The notes: generated from the letters alone by a model not told the origin. DNA of 64,000 nt from Halarcobacter sp. (GCA_963676565.1 OY781089.1:32001-96000), one strand, 5' to 3'; numbered from the stretch's first letter, positions 1 to 10,544 are shown. Made by a program: numbers and translations.

Positions 1-204
1 ATCTCTTTTAATATTAGAGATGGTTCTGCCCATAGAGAAATTCTTGAAGAAGCAAGAAGAATAAAAGCAGATGCAATTGTTATGATGGCAACAAAACCAG
101 GACTTGGAAGCTATTTTATCAGTAGTACTCCTGAAAGAGTAATAAGACACGCAAATTGTTCAGTTTTTGTCATTAGACTTACTGATTATCAAAGTATAAA
201 ATAA
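1..204 (+). CDS. Universal stress protein (Usp), 5'-truncated by the window edge
   Basis: Frame 1 is open to TAA at 202-204 and reads ...DGSAHREILEEARRIKADAIVMMATKPGLGSYFISSTPERVIRHANCSVFVIR, a typical Usp C-terminus. Not in the ORF track. Confidence 0.85.
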   Translation: MSFNIRDGSAHREILEEARRIKADAIVMMATKPGLGSYFISSTPERVIRHANCSVFVIRLTDYQSIK

Positions 205-221
205 AAGCTCGTTAATAGTTT

Positions 222-261
222 AAAGTTATAGGGAGAAGAACAATCTCTTTATAACTTTTTT
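222..261 (+). terminator. Intrinsic terminator after usp
   Basis: Inverted repeat AAAGTTATAGGGAGA / TCTCTTTATAACTTT with G-U pairs, followed by a T-run. Confidence 0.7.
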
Positions 262-282
262 AAAACATTCTTAGGATAAATA

Positions 283-1236
283 TTGAACAAATTTAAAAAA
301 TATGAACACTCTCCCTCATTTTTACTTTTCATTGGATTATTATCCTCTTTATTTTTTACCGTAACTTTTTTAATAAATAGATCAATTTCCCTTGATGGAG
401 GACACTGGTTTTATTCTGGTGGTTTAAGACTTGTATATGCAATTTCATTTTTTACTTTTGGATTTATAGTTTTTAAAGGGATGTCTTATTTTAAATTAAT
501 TATCAAAGAATATTTAGAGAATTTTATATTTTGGACAGTAGCAGGTAGTATTGGATTTGGAGGTTTTTATTCTTTACTTTGTTATTCTGCTTCTTTTTCC
601 CCTGCATGGATTGTAGCTACAACATGGCAAATTACTATAATATCATCTTTATTTGTATTGACTTTTTTTGGCAAAAAGTTATCTAAAAAAATTTGGTTTT
701 TTACTATATTTATTTTTACAGGAATCATTTTAGTAAATTTAAGTCATTTTGAAAGTAGTAATTTAGAAGCTCTTTTTTTAGGTTCAATTCCCGTATTTGT
801 AGCATCCTTTTGTTATCCAATTGGAAATCAAATGGTATGGGAAGAAAAGAAAAAAAGGAAAGAAAAAAAAGAAGACTTAGGTGTAATAAACAATAGCTTT
901 GTAAAAGTATTTTTACTTGTTTTAGGAAGTTTCCCATTTTGGGTAATTCTTTACTTTTTATCTGATCCTGTAGCACCTAATACTTCTCAATATATTAGTG
1001 TTGCAATCATTACAATAATCTCAGGAATATTAGCTACATCACTTTTTTTGTATGCTAGATCTCAAGCTACTACTTCAAGTACATTAATGATTGTAGATTC
1101 AACACAATCAAGTCAAGTTTTTTTTGCCCTAGGAGGAGAAATGCTTTTTTTAAATGCATCTTTACCTAATACACTAGGGCTAATTGGAATTGCAATAACA
1201 ATTATTGGTTTAATTGCAATAACAAAAAGTAAATAA
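283..1236 (+). CDS. DMT-superfamily membrane transporter (YjlA-like multidrug efflux family)
   Basis: About 10 hydrophobic segments; motifs TFLINRSISLDGGHW, GSIGFGGFYSLLCY and FCYPIGNQMV. Confidence 0.75.
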   Translation: MNKFKKYEHSPSFLLFIGLLSSLFFTVTFLINRSISLDGGHWFYSGGLRLVYAISFFTFGFIVFKGMSYFKLIIKEYLENFIFWTVAGSIGFGGFYSLLCYSASFSPAWIVATTWQITIISSLFVLTFFGKKLSKKIWFFTIFIFTGIILVNLSHFESSNLEALFLGSIPVFVASFCYPIGNQMVWEEKKKRKEKKEDLGVINNSFVKVFLLVLGSFPFWVILYFLSDPVAPNTSQYISVAIITIISGILATSLFLYARSQATTSSTLMIVDSTQSSQVFFALGGEMLFLNASLPNTLGLIGIAITIIGLIAITKSK

Positions 1237-1255
1237 TTTAGATAAGGATTATAAA

Positions 1256-1768
1256 GTGGGAAATCTAATTTCTACAAAAAATTCAGATTATGATTTACAA
1301 ATAGCAACAGTTGAAGATTCGCAATTAATTGTAACTTTCATGAAAAAACTTGGTAAATATCAAAAAATGGAAGATTTGATAACAGCAACACCTGAACGTA
1401 TAAAAAGATTATTAGAAGAAAAATTAGGGGAAGCAGTTTTTGGTATTTATAAAAAAGAGATAGTTTCTTTTGCATATTTTCATCAAAAAAGTTCCGCTTT
1501 TTCTGGTCGAAAAGGAGTTTATATTGATGCTTTTTTTATAGAAGATCATGTAAGGGGGAAAGGTTTAGGGGAAATTATGTTTCATTATCTTTCAAAGTAT
1601 TCTGTAGATATAGGTTGTGAATACCTAGAATGGGCTTGTTTAGATTGGAATAAATCAGCAATAAAATTTTATGAAAAACAAGGAGCTTATTGCATAGATA
1701 ATTTAAGACTCTATCGATTATCTCCAGATACATTATTTTTAAATTCTAAAAATTTTGTGTCAAACTAA
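1256..1768 (+). CDS. GNAT N-acetyltransferase (SSAT/diamine acetyltransferase-like)
   Basis: Acetyl-CoA motif VRGKGLG; YIDAFFI and EWACLDWNKSAIKFYEKQGA are typical of SSAT-like GNATs. Confidence 0.8.
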   Translation: MGNLISTKNSDYDLQIATVEDSQLIVTFMKKLGKYQKMEDLITATPERIKRLLEEKLGEAVFGIYKKEIVSFAYFHQKSSAFSGRKGVYIDAFFIEDHVRGKGLGEIMFHYLSKYSVDIGCEYLEWACLDWNKSAIKFYEKQGAYCIDNLRLYRLSPDTLFLNSKNFVSN

Positions 1769-1807
1769 AATAATAAATATAAATTAAATTTAAAAAAAGG
1801 AAAATAA

Positions 1808-3199
1808 ATGAGTACAATAGAAGTAACATCACCATTTGATGGAAAAGTAGTAGGAAGTGTACCTTTTACAGATGTAGAAGGTGTTCAAAAAGCAATTGAT
1901 ACTGCTTATGAAAAGTTTTTAGATAAAGATAACTGGATTCCTAAGCATAAAAGAATAGAAATCTTAGAAAACTTAATGGGTATTATGTCTTCTCAGGTTG
2001 AAGAATTAACTATCCTTTGTGCTTCTGAAGGTGGTAAACCTTACATGGATTCTAAAGTTGAAATTCAAAGAGCTATCAATGGTGTTAAAATCGCTATTGA
2101 GCAAATTGGTGCTATTGAAGGTCAAGAAATTGCTATGGGTCATACTGCTTCATCTGCAAACAGAATGGCTTATACTATGAAAGAACCTATTGGGGTTGTT
2201 GCTGCAATATCAGCATTTAACCACCCATTTAACTTAGCTATTCACCAAGTAATCCCAGCTATTGCTGTTGGTTGTCCTGTTATTATCAGACCTGCAACTC
2301 AAACTCCTATGTCTGCTGTTAAATTAGTTGAATTATTAAAAGAAGCTGGTTTACCTGAAGGTTGGGCTCAAGCTGTTGTTTGTGACAGAGCTGGAGGAGA
2401 GTTATTAGTTACATCTCCAAAAACTGCTTTCTTTACATTTATTGGTTCTGGACCTGTTGGATGGTATTTAAATTCTAAGGCATCTCCTGGAACTAGATCT
2501 GCTTTAGAGCATGGTGGAGTTGCTCCTGTTATTGTTGAGCCTGATGCTGATATTGAAGCTATGATTCCTGATTTAGGAAAAGGTGGTTTTTATCATGCTG
2601 GTCAAGTTTGTGTATCAGTTCAAAGAATCTTTGTTCACGAATCAATTGCAGACGATATTGCAAACAGATTAGCTGATTATGCTAAGAACTTAGTTGTTGG
2701 AGATCAATTAGATCCTAAAACTGAGGTTGGTCCACTAATTAACCACAACGAAGTTAACAGAGTTGAAGAGTGGGTTAATGAAGCTGTTGAAAAAGGTGGA
2801 AAAATTTTAACTGGTGGAAAAAGAATTTCTGATTCTTTATATGAGCCAACAGTTATTGTTAATCCTTCTGACGATGCTATTATTTCACAAAAAGAGATTT
2901 TTGGTCCTGTAGTTGTTGTTTATTCATACAAAACTTTAGATGAGGCTATCAACAGAGCTAATCAACTTGATGTTTCATTCCAAGCTGCTGTATTTACTAA
3001 GAACATTGACACTGCACTTAAAGCTGTTAAGAGATTAAATGGTACTGCTGTTATGGTTAACGACCATACTGCATTTAGAGTTGACTGGATGCCTTTTGGT
3101 GGTGCTAAAACTTCTGGTTTAGGTTTAGGTGGTATCCCTGATTCTATGAACGAAATGCAAAACCAAAAGCTTATGGTTATTAAATCTAGCGCTTTATAA
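1808..3199 (+). CDS. NAD(P)-dependent aldehyde dehydrogenase (LEHGG subgroup, ALDH21/SSADH-like)
   Basis: AFNHP, FIGS, catalytic Glu in LEHGG, catalytic Cys in GQVCVS, EIFGP, PFGG. Confidence 0.9.
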   Translation: MSTIEVTSPFDGKVVGSVPFTDVEGVQKAIDTAYEKFLDKDNWIPKHKRIEILENLMGIMSSQVEELTILCASEGGKPYMDSKVEIQRAINGVKIAIEQIGAIEGQEIAMGHTASSANRMAYTMKEPIGVVAAISAFNHPFNLAIHQVIPAIAVGCPVIIRPATQTPMSAVKLVELLKEAGLPEGWAQAVVCDRAGGELLVTSPKTAFFTFIGSGPVGWYLNSKASPGTRSALEHGGVAPVIVEPDADIEAMIPDLGKGGFYHAGQVCVSVQRIFVHESIADDIANRLADYAKNLVVGDQLDPKTEVGPLINHNEVNRVEEWVNEAVEKGGKILTGGKRISDSLYEPTVIVNPSDDAIISQKEIFGPVVVVYSYKTLDEAINRANQLDVSFQAAVFTKNIDTALKAVKRLNGTAVMVNDHTAFRVDWMPFGGAKTSGLGLGGIPDSMNEMQNQKLMVIKSSAL

Positions 3200-3203
3200 T
3201 CTT

Positions 3204-3230
3204 AAATAAGAGGATTTAATCCTCTTATTT
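3204..3230 (+). terminator. Hairpin terminator after ALDH
   Basis: Perfect inverted repeat AAATAAGAGGAT-TTA-ATCCTCTTATTT. Confidence 0.7.
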
Positions 3231-3490
3231 ACACCTTTTTTTTCCATCTCCTTGCTTGAGATTTTTCCAAGAATATCCTATTGCAAAAAAATAATAATTA
3301 AGATAATTTAAACTCCTATAAAGCCCTTAAAATGGTTATTTTATATACAATTATTTTTATAATTTATATCCATATAAGATTATAATTTTCAACATAAATA
3401 TATATAGTTAATAAACGAAGGGGAGGCTTTAGTTTTACATAAAACTATAAGTATTTAAATATAAGTAAAAAATAAAAGGAGATTAAATAA

Positions 3491-4519
3491 ATGATAAATT
3501 TATTTAGGAGAGCTAAGAGAAATTTTTTAACAACAACAATTGTTGCCTTATTAGGTGTTATGACTTTAGTAGATACTGTAAGTGCTGCTGATTATAATTG
3601 GAGATTTGGTAATCTATATGGTAGAGGAACTGCCTTTGGTGAAGTTTATAAGAACTTAGCAGAAGGGATTGAAAAAAGATCAAATGGAAAAATCAAAGTT
3701 GAAATGAGATTTGCTGGCGAGGGTGTAGGACAAGCAGGTTTATTAGCAGCAACAAAATCTGGACTTATTACTATGGCAGCACCATTTCAGTCAATGCATG
3801 CAGGTGAATTACCTGCTGGTGTAGTTGAAATTGGTTTACCAGGTGGTACTTCTGATACTGATGAACTATATAAACTTTTTCATGAAGATGGTTGGGATAA
3901 AATTCTTAAAAAAGCATATGGTGCACAAGGTTTAGTATGGTTAGAACCTTATATCCAAACACCTGTATATATTATTACAAAAAAGCCTATTAACTCTGTT
4001 GAAGATTTCAAAGGTTTAAAAATTAGAGCTCCAGGTGCATATGGTAAATTTTTAAGAAACTTAGGTGCTACACCTGTTTCATTATCTTGGGGAGAAATAT
4101 ATACAAGTTTAGCAACTGGTGTAATTGATGGTTCAATTGGTAGTAACCTAATTGACCATAGAGATGGAAACCACGTAGAAGTTGCAAAATATATGTATAA
4201 ATTACCATTAGCAGGTGCTCAAGTTTTACCAATTGTTGTTAATAAAAGTGCTTGGAATAAACTAACTCCAGAACTTAAAAAAGCTGTTCATGCAGCAACT
4301 GTTGACCATGCAAAAGAGCAATTAGAAAAATCTAAAAAATGGGAATCGGAAGCTGTTGCAGAAATGGAAGCAAAAGGATTAAAATGGTCTCCTGAACCAT
4401 CTGCTGCTGATAAAAAAGCTTGGAAAGCTGCAGGGGCAAGTCTTTGGGATGAATACTCTTCAAAAGATAAATACTGTAAACAATTAATTGATGTGTTAAG
4501 AGCACAAGCAAGTAAATAA
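3491..4519 (+). CDS. dctP: TRAP transporter substrate-binding protein (DctP family)
   Basis: Signal peptide; KKPINSVEDFKGLKIR and EIYTSLATGVIDG motifs. Confidence 0.9.
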   Translation: MINLFRRAKRNFLTTTIVALLGVMTLVDTVSAADYNWRFGNLYGRGTAFGEVYKNLAEGIEKRSNGKIKVEMRFAGEGVGQAGLLAATKSGLITMAAPFQSMHAGELPAGVVEIGLPGGTSDTDELYKLFHEDGWDKILKKAYGAQGLVWLEPYIQTPVYIITKKPINSVEDFKGLKIRAPGAYGKFLRNLGATPVSLSWGEIYTSLATGVIDGSIGSNLIDHRDGNHVEVAKYMYKLPLAGAQVLPIVVNKSAWNKLTPELKKAVHAATVDHAKEQLEKSKKWESEAVAEMEAKGLKWSPEPSAADKKAWKAAGASLWDEYSSKDKYCKQLIDVLRAQASK

Positions 4520-4520
4520 A

Positions 4521-4547
4521 TTTAAGAGGGGGAATTCCTCTCTTAAA
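4521..4547 (+). terminator. Hairpin after dctP
   Basis: Inverted repeat TTTAAGAGGGGGA / TCCTCTCTTAAA. Confidence 0.6.
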
Positions 4548-4653
4548 AACTTTTTAAATACTCTCAAAACAGCTATTTAAGCACATTTACATCAACATTT
4601 TGGTATAAGCTTTTATTAACAATAAATACAAACTATAATAGGAACAATTCATT

Positions 4654-5823
4654 ATGAATTTACATGAATACCAAGCAAAAAATCTTTATAGAAAATATGA
4701 TATCCCTACTACAAAAGGAAAACTTCTTACACATCCATCTCAACTAGATGATATACTAAGAACCTTAGGTGGAGATAAATGGGTTATCAAAGCACAAGTT
4801 CACGCAGGTGGACGTGGGAAAGTTGGTGGAGTAAAATTAGTTGAATCAAAAATTGAAGCTAATGAAGAGGTTAGACATCTTCTAGGTAGTAGATTAGTTA
4901 CTCACCAAACCGATGAGAAAGGACAACCTGTTAACTCAATTTATATTGAACAACCTTGTGATATTGTTGATGAGATCTATTTAGCATTTACAGTTGATAG
5001 AACAAGCCAACGAATTATGATAATCACTTCAGGTGAAGGTGGTATGGAGATTGAAGAAGTAGCAGAAAAATTTCCAGAAAAAATTTTAAGAAATCCAATC
5101 AATCCTGTTGTTGGTATTATGCCAGCACAATGTAGACAAATTTGTGATGACTTAGGATTAGACAAAACGTTGAGTGCACAAATGATTGATATCATGCAAA
5201 AAATCTATAAAATGTTTATAAAAAATGATTTATCACTTGTTGAAATCAATCCATTAGTTGTTACGAAACAAGGTCATATCTTATGTCTTGATGGGAAAGT
5301 GCAAATTGATAATTCAGCACTTTATAGACAGCCAAAAATGAATGAGATTAGAGATGAATCTCAGGAAAATGAACGAGAATTAAAAGCTGAAAAACTTGAT
5401 TTAAATTATGTATCTTTAGATGGTAATATTGCTTGTATGGTAAATGGAGCAGGTCTAGCTATGGCAACTATGGATTTAATTAAAACCCATGGTGGAAATC
5501 CAGCTAACTTTTTAGATGTTGGCGGAAGTGTAAATGAAAAAAGAGTTATTGAAGCCTTTGAAATTATCCTTTCTGAAAAAAATGTAGATGGTATTTTAGT
5601 AAATATTTTTGGTGGTATTGTTAGATGTGACATCATCGCTTCAGGTATTATTAGTGCTGCACAAAAAATGCAACTAGATATTCCAATTGTTGTAAGACTT
5701 GAAGGTACTAATGCAGCAGAAGGTTTAGAACTAATTAGAAACTCAGATGTAAAAGTTTTTGAAGAAGCAAATCTTGATAAAGCAGCACAAAAAATCATTG
5801 AACTATGTGGAGGGTCAAAATAA
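4654..5823 (+). CDS. sucC: Succinyl-CoA synthetase beta subunit
   Basis: [48 protein letters not shown]. Confidence 0.97.
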   Translation: MNLHEYQAKNLYRKYDIPTTKGKLLTHPSQLDDILRTLGGDKWVIKAQVHAGGRGKVGGVKLVESKIEANEEVRHLLGSRLVTHQTDEKGQPVNSIYIEQPCDIVDEIYLAFTVDRTSQRIMIITSGEGGMEIEEVAEKFPEKILRNPINPVVGIMPAQCRQICDDLGLDKTLSAQMIDIMQKIYKMFIKNDLSLVEINPLVVTKQGHILCLDGKVQIDNSALYRQPKMNEIRDESQENERELKAEKLDLNYVSLDGNIACMVNGAGLAMATMDLIKTHGGNPANFLDVGGSVNEKRVIEAFEIILSEKNVDGILVNIFGGIVRCDIIASGIISAAQKMQLDIPIVVRLEGTNAAEGLELIRNSDVKVFEEANLDKAAQKIIELCGGSK

Positions 5824-6695
5824 TGGCAATTTTAATTGATAAAAACACAAAGGTATTAGTTCAAGGTTTAACTGGTTCTCAAGCAAGTTTCCACACACAA
5901 AGAGCATTAGCATATGGAACATCAGTTGTAAGTGGTGTGGTTCCAGGTAAAAGAGGTCAGAGACATCTTGACCTTCCAATATATAATACAGTTGAGTGTG
6001 CAAAAAGATTAACAGGAGCAAATGCTTCAATTATCTATGTACCAGCTCCATTTTGTAAAGATGCCATTATTGAAGCTAGTGAAAATGGGATTGAAACAAT
6101 TGTATGTATCACAGAAGGTATTCCAACGATTGACATGCTTGATGTAAAAGCGGCAATTGATTTAAATGGTTCAACTTTAATTGGTCCAAATTGCCCAGGA
6201 ATTATTACACCAGGTCAATGTAAAATGGGAATTATGCCAGAATCAATTCATATGCCTGGAAGTGTAGGTATTATCTCAAGGTCAGGTACATTAACATATG
6301 AAGCAGTTAATCAATCAACACAAGCTGGATTTGGTCAAAGTACTTGTGTAGGAATTGGGGGAGATCCAGTTCCAGGAAGTGATTTCATTGATATTCTTAG
6401 AAGATTTCAAGATGATCCTGAGACAAAAGCAATTGTAATGATTGGTGAAATTGGTGGAGCTAAAGAGGAAGCTGCAGCTGAATTTATAAAAGAGTATGTT
6501 ACAAAACCTGTTGTTTCTTATATTGCTGGAGTTACTGCTCCAAAGGGTAAAAGAATGGGTCATGCTGGAGCTATTATTGATGGAGGTAAAGGAACTGCAG
6601 ATGAAAAATACCAAGCTTTAGATAGAGCTGGTGTTTGTACTGTTAAAACTATTACTCAAATTGGTGATGCCTTAAAAGAAGTTCACCCTAAATAA
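5823..6695 (+). CDS. sucD: Succinyl-CoA synthetase alpha subunit
   Basis: Likely true start [11 protein letters not shown] at a TAATG overlap with the sucC stop; [16 protein letters not shown], phospho-His motif RMGHAGA. Confidence 0.97.
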   Translation: MAILIDKNTKVLVQGLTGSQASFHTQRALAYGTSVVSGVVPGKRGQRHLDLPIYNTVECAKRLTGANASIIYVPAPFCKDAIIEASENGIETIVCITEGIPTIDMLDVKAAIDLNGSTLIGPNCPGIITPGQCKMGIMPESIHMPGSVGIISRSGTLTYEAVNQSTQAGFGQSTCVGIGGDPVPGSDFIDILRRFQDDPETKAIVMIGEIGGAKEEAAAEFIKEYVTKPVVSYIAGVTAPKGKRMGHAGAIIDGGKGTADEKYQALDRAGVCTVKTITQIGDALKEVHPK

Positions 6696-6702
6696 TCAAT
6701 CT

Positions 6703-6729
6703 AATTAAGAGGAGAAACTCCCCTTAATT
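6703..6729. terminator. Bidirectional terminator between convergent genes
   Basis: Imperfect inverted repeat AATTAAGAGGAG-AAA-CTCCCCTTAATT. Confidence 0.6.
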
Positions 6730-6731
6730 TT

Positions 6732-7154
6732 TTAGTAACTTAATGTTGCAAAATCATCATTTAGAAGTTGTGCAGCTACTTTTGGTGGTTTAGCTACAGT
6801 GATTCCTTCAAGTAATACTGACTTATCTAAACCAGCATTTGGTAAAAATAGTGGACATACTTGAACATTAGCACCTTTTTTTATTAAACCTTTAAGTAAC
6901 ATTTTTGGACTTACATCTTTTGGTTTTAATTTAGGACTAGGAGCACCTTTAACAGCTAAATTACCAGCTTCAGAGCATAATGTAACGTTAACCATTTTCT
7001 TTTGTTTTAATGTCATAGTTGATAAAACCATTGCCATTAATTGAGTTTGAGCATCAGCAGCAGTAAGAACTACGTTTAGTCCTTTTTTTTCATCAGCCAT
7101 TGCACCTGTTGTTAATAAAGCTGATATAGCAGCGATAGAAAGTAATTTCTTCAT
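6732..7154 (-). CDS. Exported DsrE/DsrF-like family protein
   Basis: Signal peptide MKKLLSIAAISALLTTGAMA with SD GGAG upstream; DsrE-like segment LIKKGANVQVCPLFL with conserved Cys. Confidence 0.65.
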   Translation of the reverse strand: MKKLLSIAAISALLTTGAMADEKKGLNVVLTAADAQTQLMAMVLSTMTLKQKKMVNVTLCSEAGNLAVKGAPSPKLKPKDVSPKMLLKGLIKKGANVQVCPLFLPNAGLDKSVLLEGITVAKPPKVAAQLLNDDFATLSY

Positions 7155-7303
7155 ATATTTCTCCAAATTATTAGTTTGGATTAATTTTCATGCCCGATGA
7201 TTATAATAGTTTTATACTTAAATAAATTATAAATTACTTTTTTAATTAAACTGTGTAATATTAAAACTAAAGTAAAATTAGCCTTTTTATAAAGTGAGTT
7301 TAT

Positions 7304-8038
7304 ATGAATTTGACATCTAATCAAATAGAACAATTTAATAATGATGGTTTTTTAGTTTTAAAAGATTTTGTATCACATGAATTTTGTGATGAAATAACGA
7401 AAAAAGCAAAGAACCATTTAGAACAAAAGATTGCCCCAATAGAATCAGAACAAGAGTACTTAAATTTTAACGATAATAAAATTACTGTTAGAAGATTAAG
7501 ACAAGTTTATGATAGAGAAGATATTTTTAAAGAATGGATGACCTACAAAAAGATAAGACCTATTTTAAAACAGCTTTTAAATGATGAAATAGTTTTAACA
7601 TTAGCCCACCATAACTCTATCATGACTAAACTTCCAAAAGAGAGTACAAGAACCTATTGGCATCAGGATAGAAGATATTGGCATTATGAAAATGATAATT
7701 TAATATCTGTATGGCTAGCCTTAGATGATGAGTTTATAGAAAATGGTTTATTAGAGTTTATTCCTAGTAGTCATAAAATGAACTTTAGTTCAAACAGATT
7801 TGATAATGATTCAAATTTTTTAGATGAAAATGAAGATAATATTGCACTGATTAATAAAAAAGTTTCAACACCTTTGCAAAAAGGTGATGTAGTTTTATTT
7901 CATTGTAAAACTTTACACCATGCAAATAAAAACAATACTAAAAAAGCAAAAATCTCTTTTGTATATACAGTAAGAGGAAAAAACAATAAACCACTTACAA
8001 ATACAAGAAGTGATTTCAAGGAAATAGAACTTGACTAA
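7304..8038 (+). CDS. Phytanoyl-CoA dioxygenase family Fe(II)/2-OG oxygenase
   Basis: QFNNDGFLV, HxD in WHQD, SVWLALD, GDVVLFH..TLHHA. Confidence 0.85.
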   Translation: MNLTSNQIEQFNNDGFLVLKDFVSHEFCDEITKKAKNHLEQKIAPIESEQEYLNFNDNKITVRRLRQVYDREDIFKEWMTYKKIRPILKQLLNDEIVLTLAHHNSIMTKLPKESTRTYWHQDRRYWHYENDNLISVWLALDDEFIENGLLEFIPSSHKMNFSSNRFDNDSNFLDENEDNIALINKKVSTPLQKGDVVLFHCKTLHHANKNNTKKAKISFVYTVRGKNNKPLTNTRSDFKEIELD

Positions 8039-10136
8039 AAATTTAATTTCATTATTAGAAGAGAAAACTGCTCTTTCTACAAAAGTTATAAAGAATATAA
8101 TTAAGCTACTAGATGAGGGTTGCACTATCCCATTTATAGCTAGATATAGAAAAGAGTATACAGATGGTGCAACGGATGTTGAACTTAGAATATTTGAAGA
8201 GACATACAATTACTTCCAAAAGTTTCTACAAAGAAAAGAAGAGATAACAAATATACTAAAAGAGAAAAACTTTTTAAATGAAAAAATAGAAAAAAATCTA
8301 AATGAAGCTATAACCTTACAGGCTTTAGAAGATATATATACTCCATTTAAAGATAAAAAATCTTCAAGAACAAGTAATGCAATAGAAAATGGACTTGAAC
8401 CATTAGCAAATATTATTCAATGTATGAAATACTCTATTGAAGAAGTAGAATCTAAGGCAAAACAATTTTTAAATAAAAATATAAAAAGTATTGATGAAGC
8501 AATAAATGGTGCAAAGGATATTATAGCTCAAAGATATGCAGATGATTTTAAATCCAAAGAGATTATTAGAAACTTAATTTCAAACTGGGGAAGTTTAGAT
8601 ATAAAAGAGGGAAAACAATTTGATAAAAGTGGACTTTATTCCTCTTTTGCAAATACAAAAGAGAAACTAAAATATATAAAATCACATAGGGCTTTGGCAA
8701 TTTTAAGAGCAGATAATGAGAAACAACTAAGTATTAAAATTGATATTGATGAAAATCACATCTTAGAAAATATAAAAAAATATAAAATTCCTAATCATGG
8801 TAGTAGTTCAAAGAATTTAGTATTTGATGCATATAAAGATGGATTAAAAAGACTTTTACTACCAAGTTTAAAACGTGAAGCACTAGCAAATTTAAAAGAA
8901 AAAGCAAGTAATGAAGCAATAGAACTATTTGGTAAAAACCTAAAAGAATTACTTTTAACTGCCCCATTGGTTAATCATGTAATTTTAGGTATGGATCCAG
9001 GATATAAAACAGGTTGTAAACTTGCAGTAATTGATGAAAATGGAAACTTCTTAGATAGTGCAGTTATCTATCCAACAAAGCCAAAAGAAGATATTACAAG
9101 TTCAACAAAAACTGTTTTAAATTTAATTAAAAAACATAAAATATCTTCAATTGCCATTGGAAATGGTACTGCTTCTAGAGAAACTGCAAGCTTTATAAAT
9201 AATCTAATAAAAGAACAAAACTTAGATATAAATTATGCAATTGTAAGTGAAATTGGTGCAAGTGTTTATTCAGCATCTAAAATAGCACAAGAGGAGTATC
9301 CAAACCTTGATGTTACAATTAGAGGTGCCATCTCAATAGCTGGACGTCTTAGAGATCCAATGGCAGCCTTAGTTAAAATTGACCCAAAATCACTTGGTAT
9401 TGGACAGTATCAACATGACGTAAATCAAAAAGATTTAGCACTAAAACTTGAAAATATTACAGTTGACCTTGTAAATAAAGTTGGTGTAGATTTAAACTCT
9501 TCTTCATACAAACTTCTTTCCTTTGTTTCAGGAATTAGTGAAAAGCTAGCAAAAAATATTGTTGAACATAGAACAAAAATCAAAAGATTTACTTCAAAAA
9601 AACAATTACTTGAGGTAAAAGGTATTGGAGCAAAAGCATATGAACAAGCAGTAGGATTTTTAAGAATTAAAGATGGTAAATCTATACTTGATAATACAGG
9701 AATTCACCCAGAGGACTACACATTTACCTCAATTTTACAAAAAAACTACAAACTTGAAGAGATAAAAGATTTTGAAGAAGTAGCAAGTAATTTAAATATT
9801 AGTATTTTAAAAATAAAAGATATAATCCAAGAACTTTTAAAACCTGGCTTTGATGTAAGAGAAGAATTTAATCAAGTAAAATTTTCAAATGACATATTAA
9901 ATATTGAAGATTTAAAAGAGGGGTTTACTTTAAGTGGAATAGTAAGAAACATCACAGACTTTGGTGCTTTTATAGATATAGGACTTAAAAATGACGCCCT
10001 ACTTCATATTTCACAAATTAGTTCAAAAAGAATCTCACATCCAAGTGAAGTTTTAAGTATTAATCAAAATTTAGAAAATATAAAAGTTTTAAATGTAGAT
10101 TTAGAGAAACAAAGAGTTGCTCTTAGCTTGAAATAA
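8031..10136 (+). CDS. tex: Tex-like RNA-binding transcriptional accessory protein
   Basis: TIPFIARYRKE; YqgF-like GMDPGYKTGCK; GASVYSAS; C-terminal S1 domain RNITDFGAFIDIG. Confidence 0.93.
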   Translation: MTKNLISLLEEKTALSTKVIKNIIKLLDEGCTIPFIARYRKEYTDGATDVELRIFEETYNYFQKFLQRKEEITNILKEKNFLNEKIEKNLNEAITLQALEDIYTPFKDKKSSRTSNAIENGLEPLANIIQCMKYSIEEVESKAKQFLNKNIKSIDEAINGAKDIIAQRYADDFKSKEIIRNLISNWGSLDIKEGKQFDKSGLYSSFANTKEKLKYIKSHRALAILRADNEKQLSIKIDIDENHILENIKKYKIPNHGSSSKNLVFDAYKDGLKRLLLPSLKREALANLKEKASNEAIELFGKNLKELLLTAPLVNHVILGMDPGYKTGCKLAVIDENGNFLDSAVIYPTKPKEDITSSTKTVLNLIKKHKISSIAIGNGTASRETASFINNLIKEQNLDINYAIVSEIGASVYSASKIAQEEYPNLDVTIRGAISIAGRLRDPMAALVKIDPKSLGIGQYQHDVNQKDLALKLENITVDLVNKVGVDLNSSSYKLLSFVSGISEKLAKNIVEHRTKIKRFTSKKQLLEVKGIGAKAYEQAVGFLRIKDGKSILDNTGIHPEDYTFTSILQKNYKLEEIKDFEEVASNLNISILKIKDIIQELLKPGFDVREEFNQVKFSNDILNIEDLKEGFTLSGIVRNITDFGAFIDIGLKNDALLHISQISSKRISHPSEVLSINQNLENIKVLNVDLEKQRVALSLK

Positions 10137-10140
10137 GTAT

Positions 10141-10170
10141 TAAAAACTAGAAGAGTTCTTCTAGTTTTTA
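10141..10170. terminator. Bidirectional terminator between tex and ridA
   Basis: Inverted repeat TAAAAACTAGAAGA / TCTTCTAGTTTTTA. Confidence 0.7.
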
Positions 10171-10544
10171 AATGCAATTGCATCTACTTCAACTAAAACA
10201 TTTTTAGGTAAAGTTTTAACTGCTACAGTTGCTCTTGCAGGCGCTGTTTCACCATTAAAGTATTCTGCGTATACTTCATTAAATGCAGCAAAATTATCCA
10301 TATCAGATAGATAACAAGTTGTTTTTAATACATTTTCAAAAGAACTTCCACCCTCTTCTAAAACTGCTTTTAAATTTTCCATAACTTGTTTCGATTGAAC
10401 TTTAATATCACCTTCAATTAATTCCATTGTTTCGGCAATTAATGGAATTTGACCAGATAAAAATAATAAATCACCAAAGGCAGTTCCTTGATTATATGGA
10501 CCAATTGCTGATGGTGCTTTTGATGTTGAAATGATTGTTTTCAT
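10161..10544 (-). CDS. ridA: RidA/YjgF/UK114 enamine deaminase
   Basis: APSAIGPYNQG, SGQIP, PARATVAV, LPKNVLVEVD. Confidence 0.9.
   Translation of the reverse strand: MKTIISTSKAPSAIGPYNQGTAFGDLLFLSGQIPLIAETMELIEGDIKVQSKQVMENLKAVLEEGGSSFENVLKTTCYLSDMDNFAAFNEVYAEYFNGETAPARATVAVKTLPKNVLVEVDAIAFKN

Noticed and set aside
838..875. Purine/poly-A run (and several poly-T runs) in the DMT gene as a phase-variation tract
   Set aside because: The frame is intact, it encodes a charged loop, such runs are expected at this AT content, and there is no poly-G/C tract.
3400..3490. GGGGAGG plus a small hairpin upstream of dctP as a riboswitch
   Set aside because: It matches no riboswitch consensus I recognise, and the hairpin is short and AT-rich.
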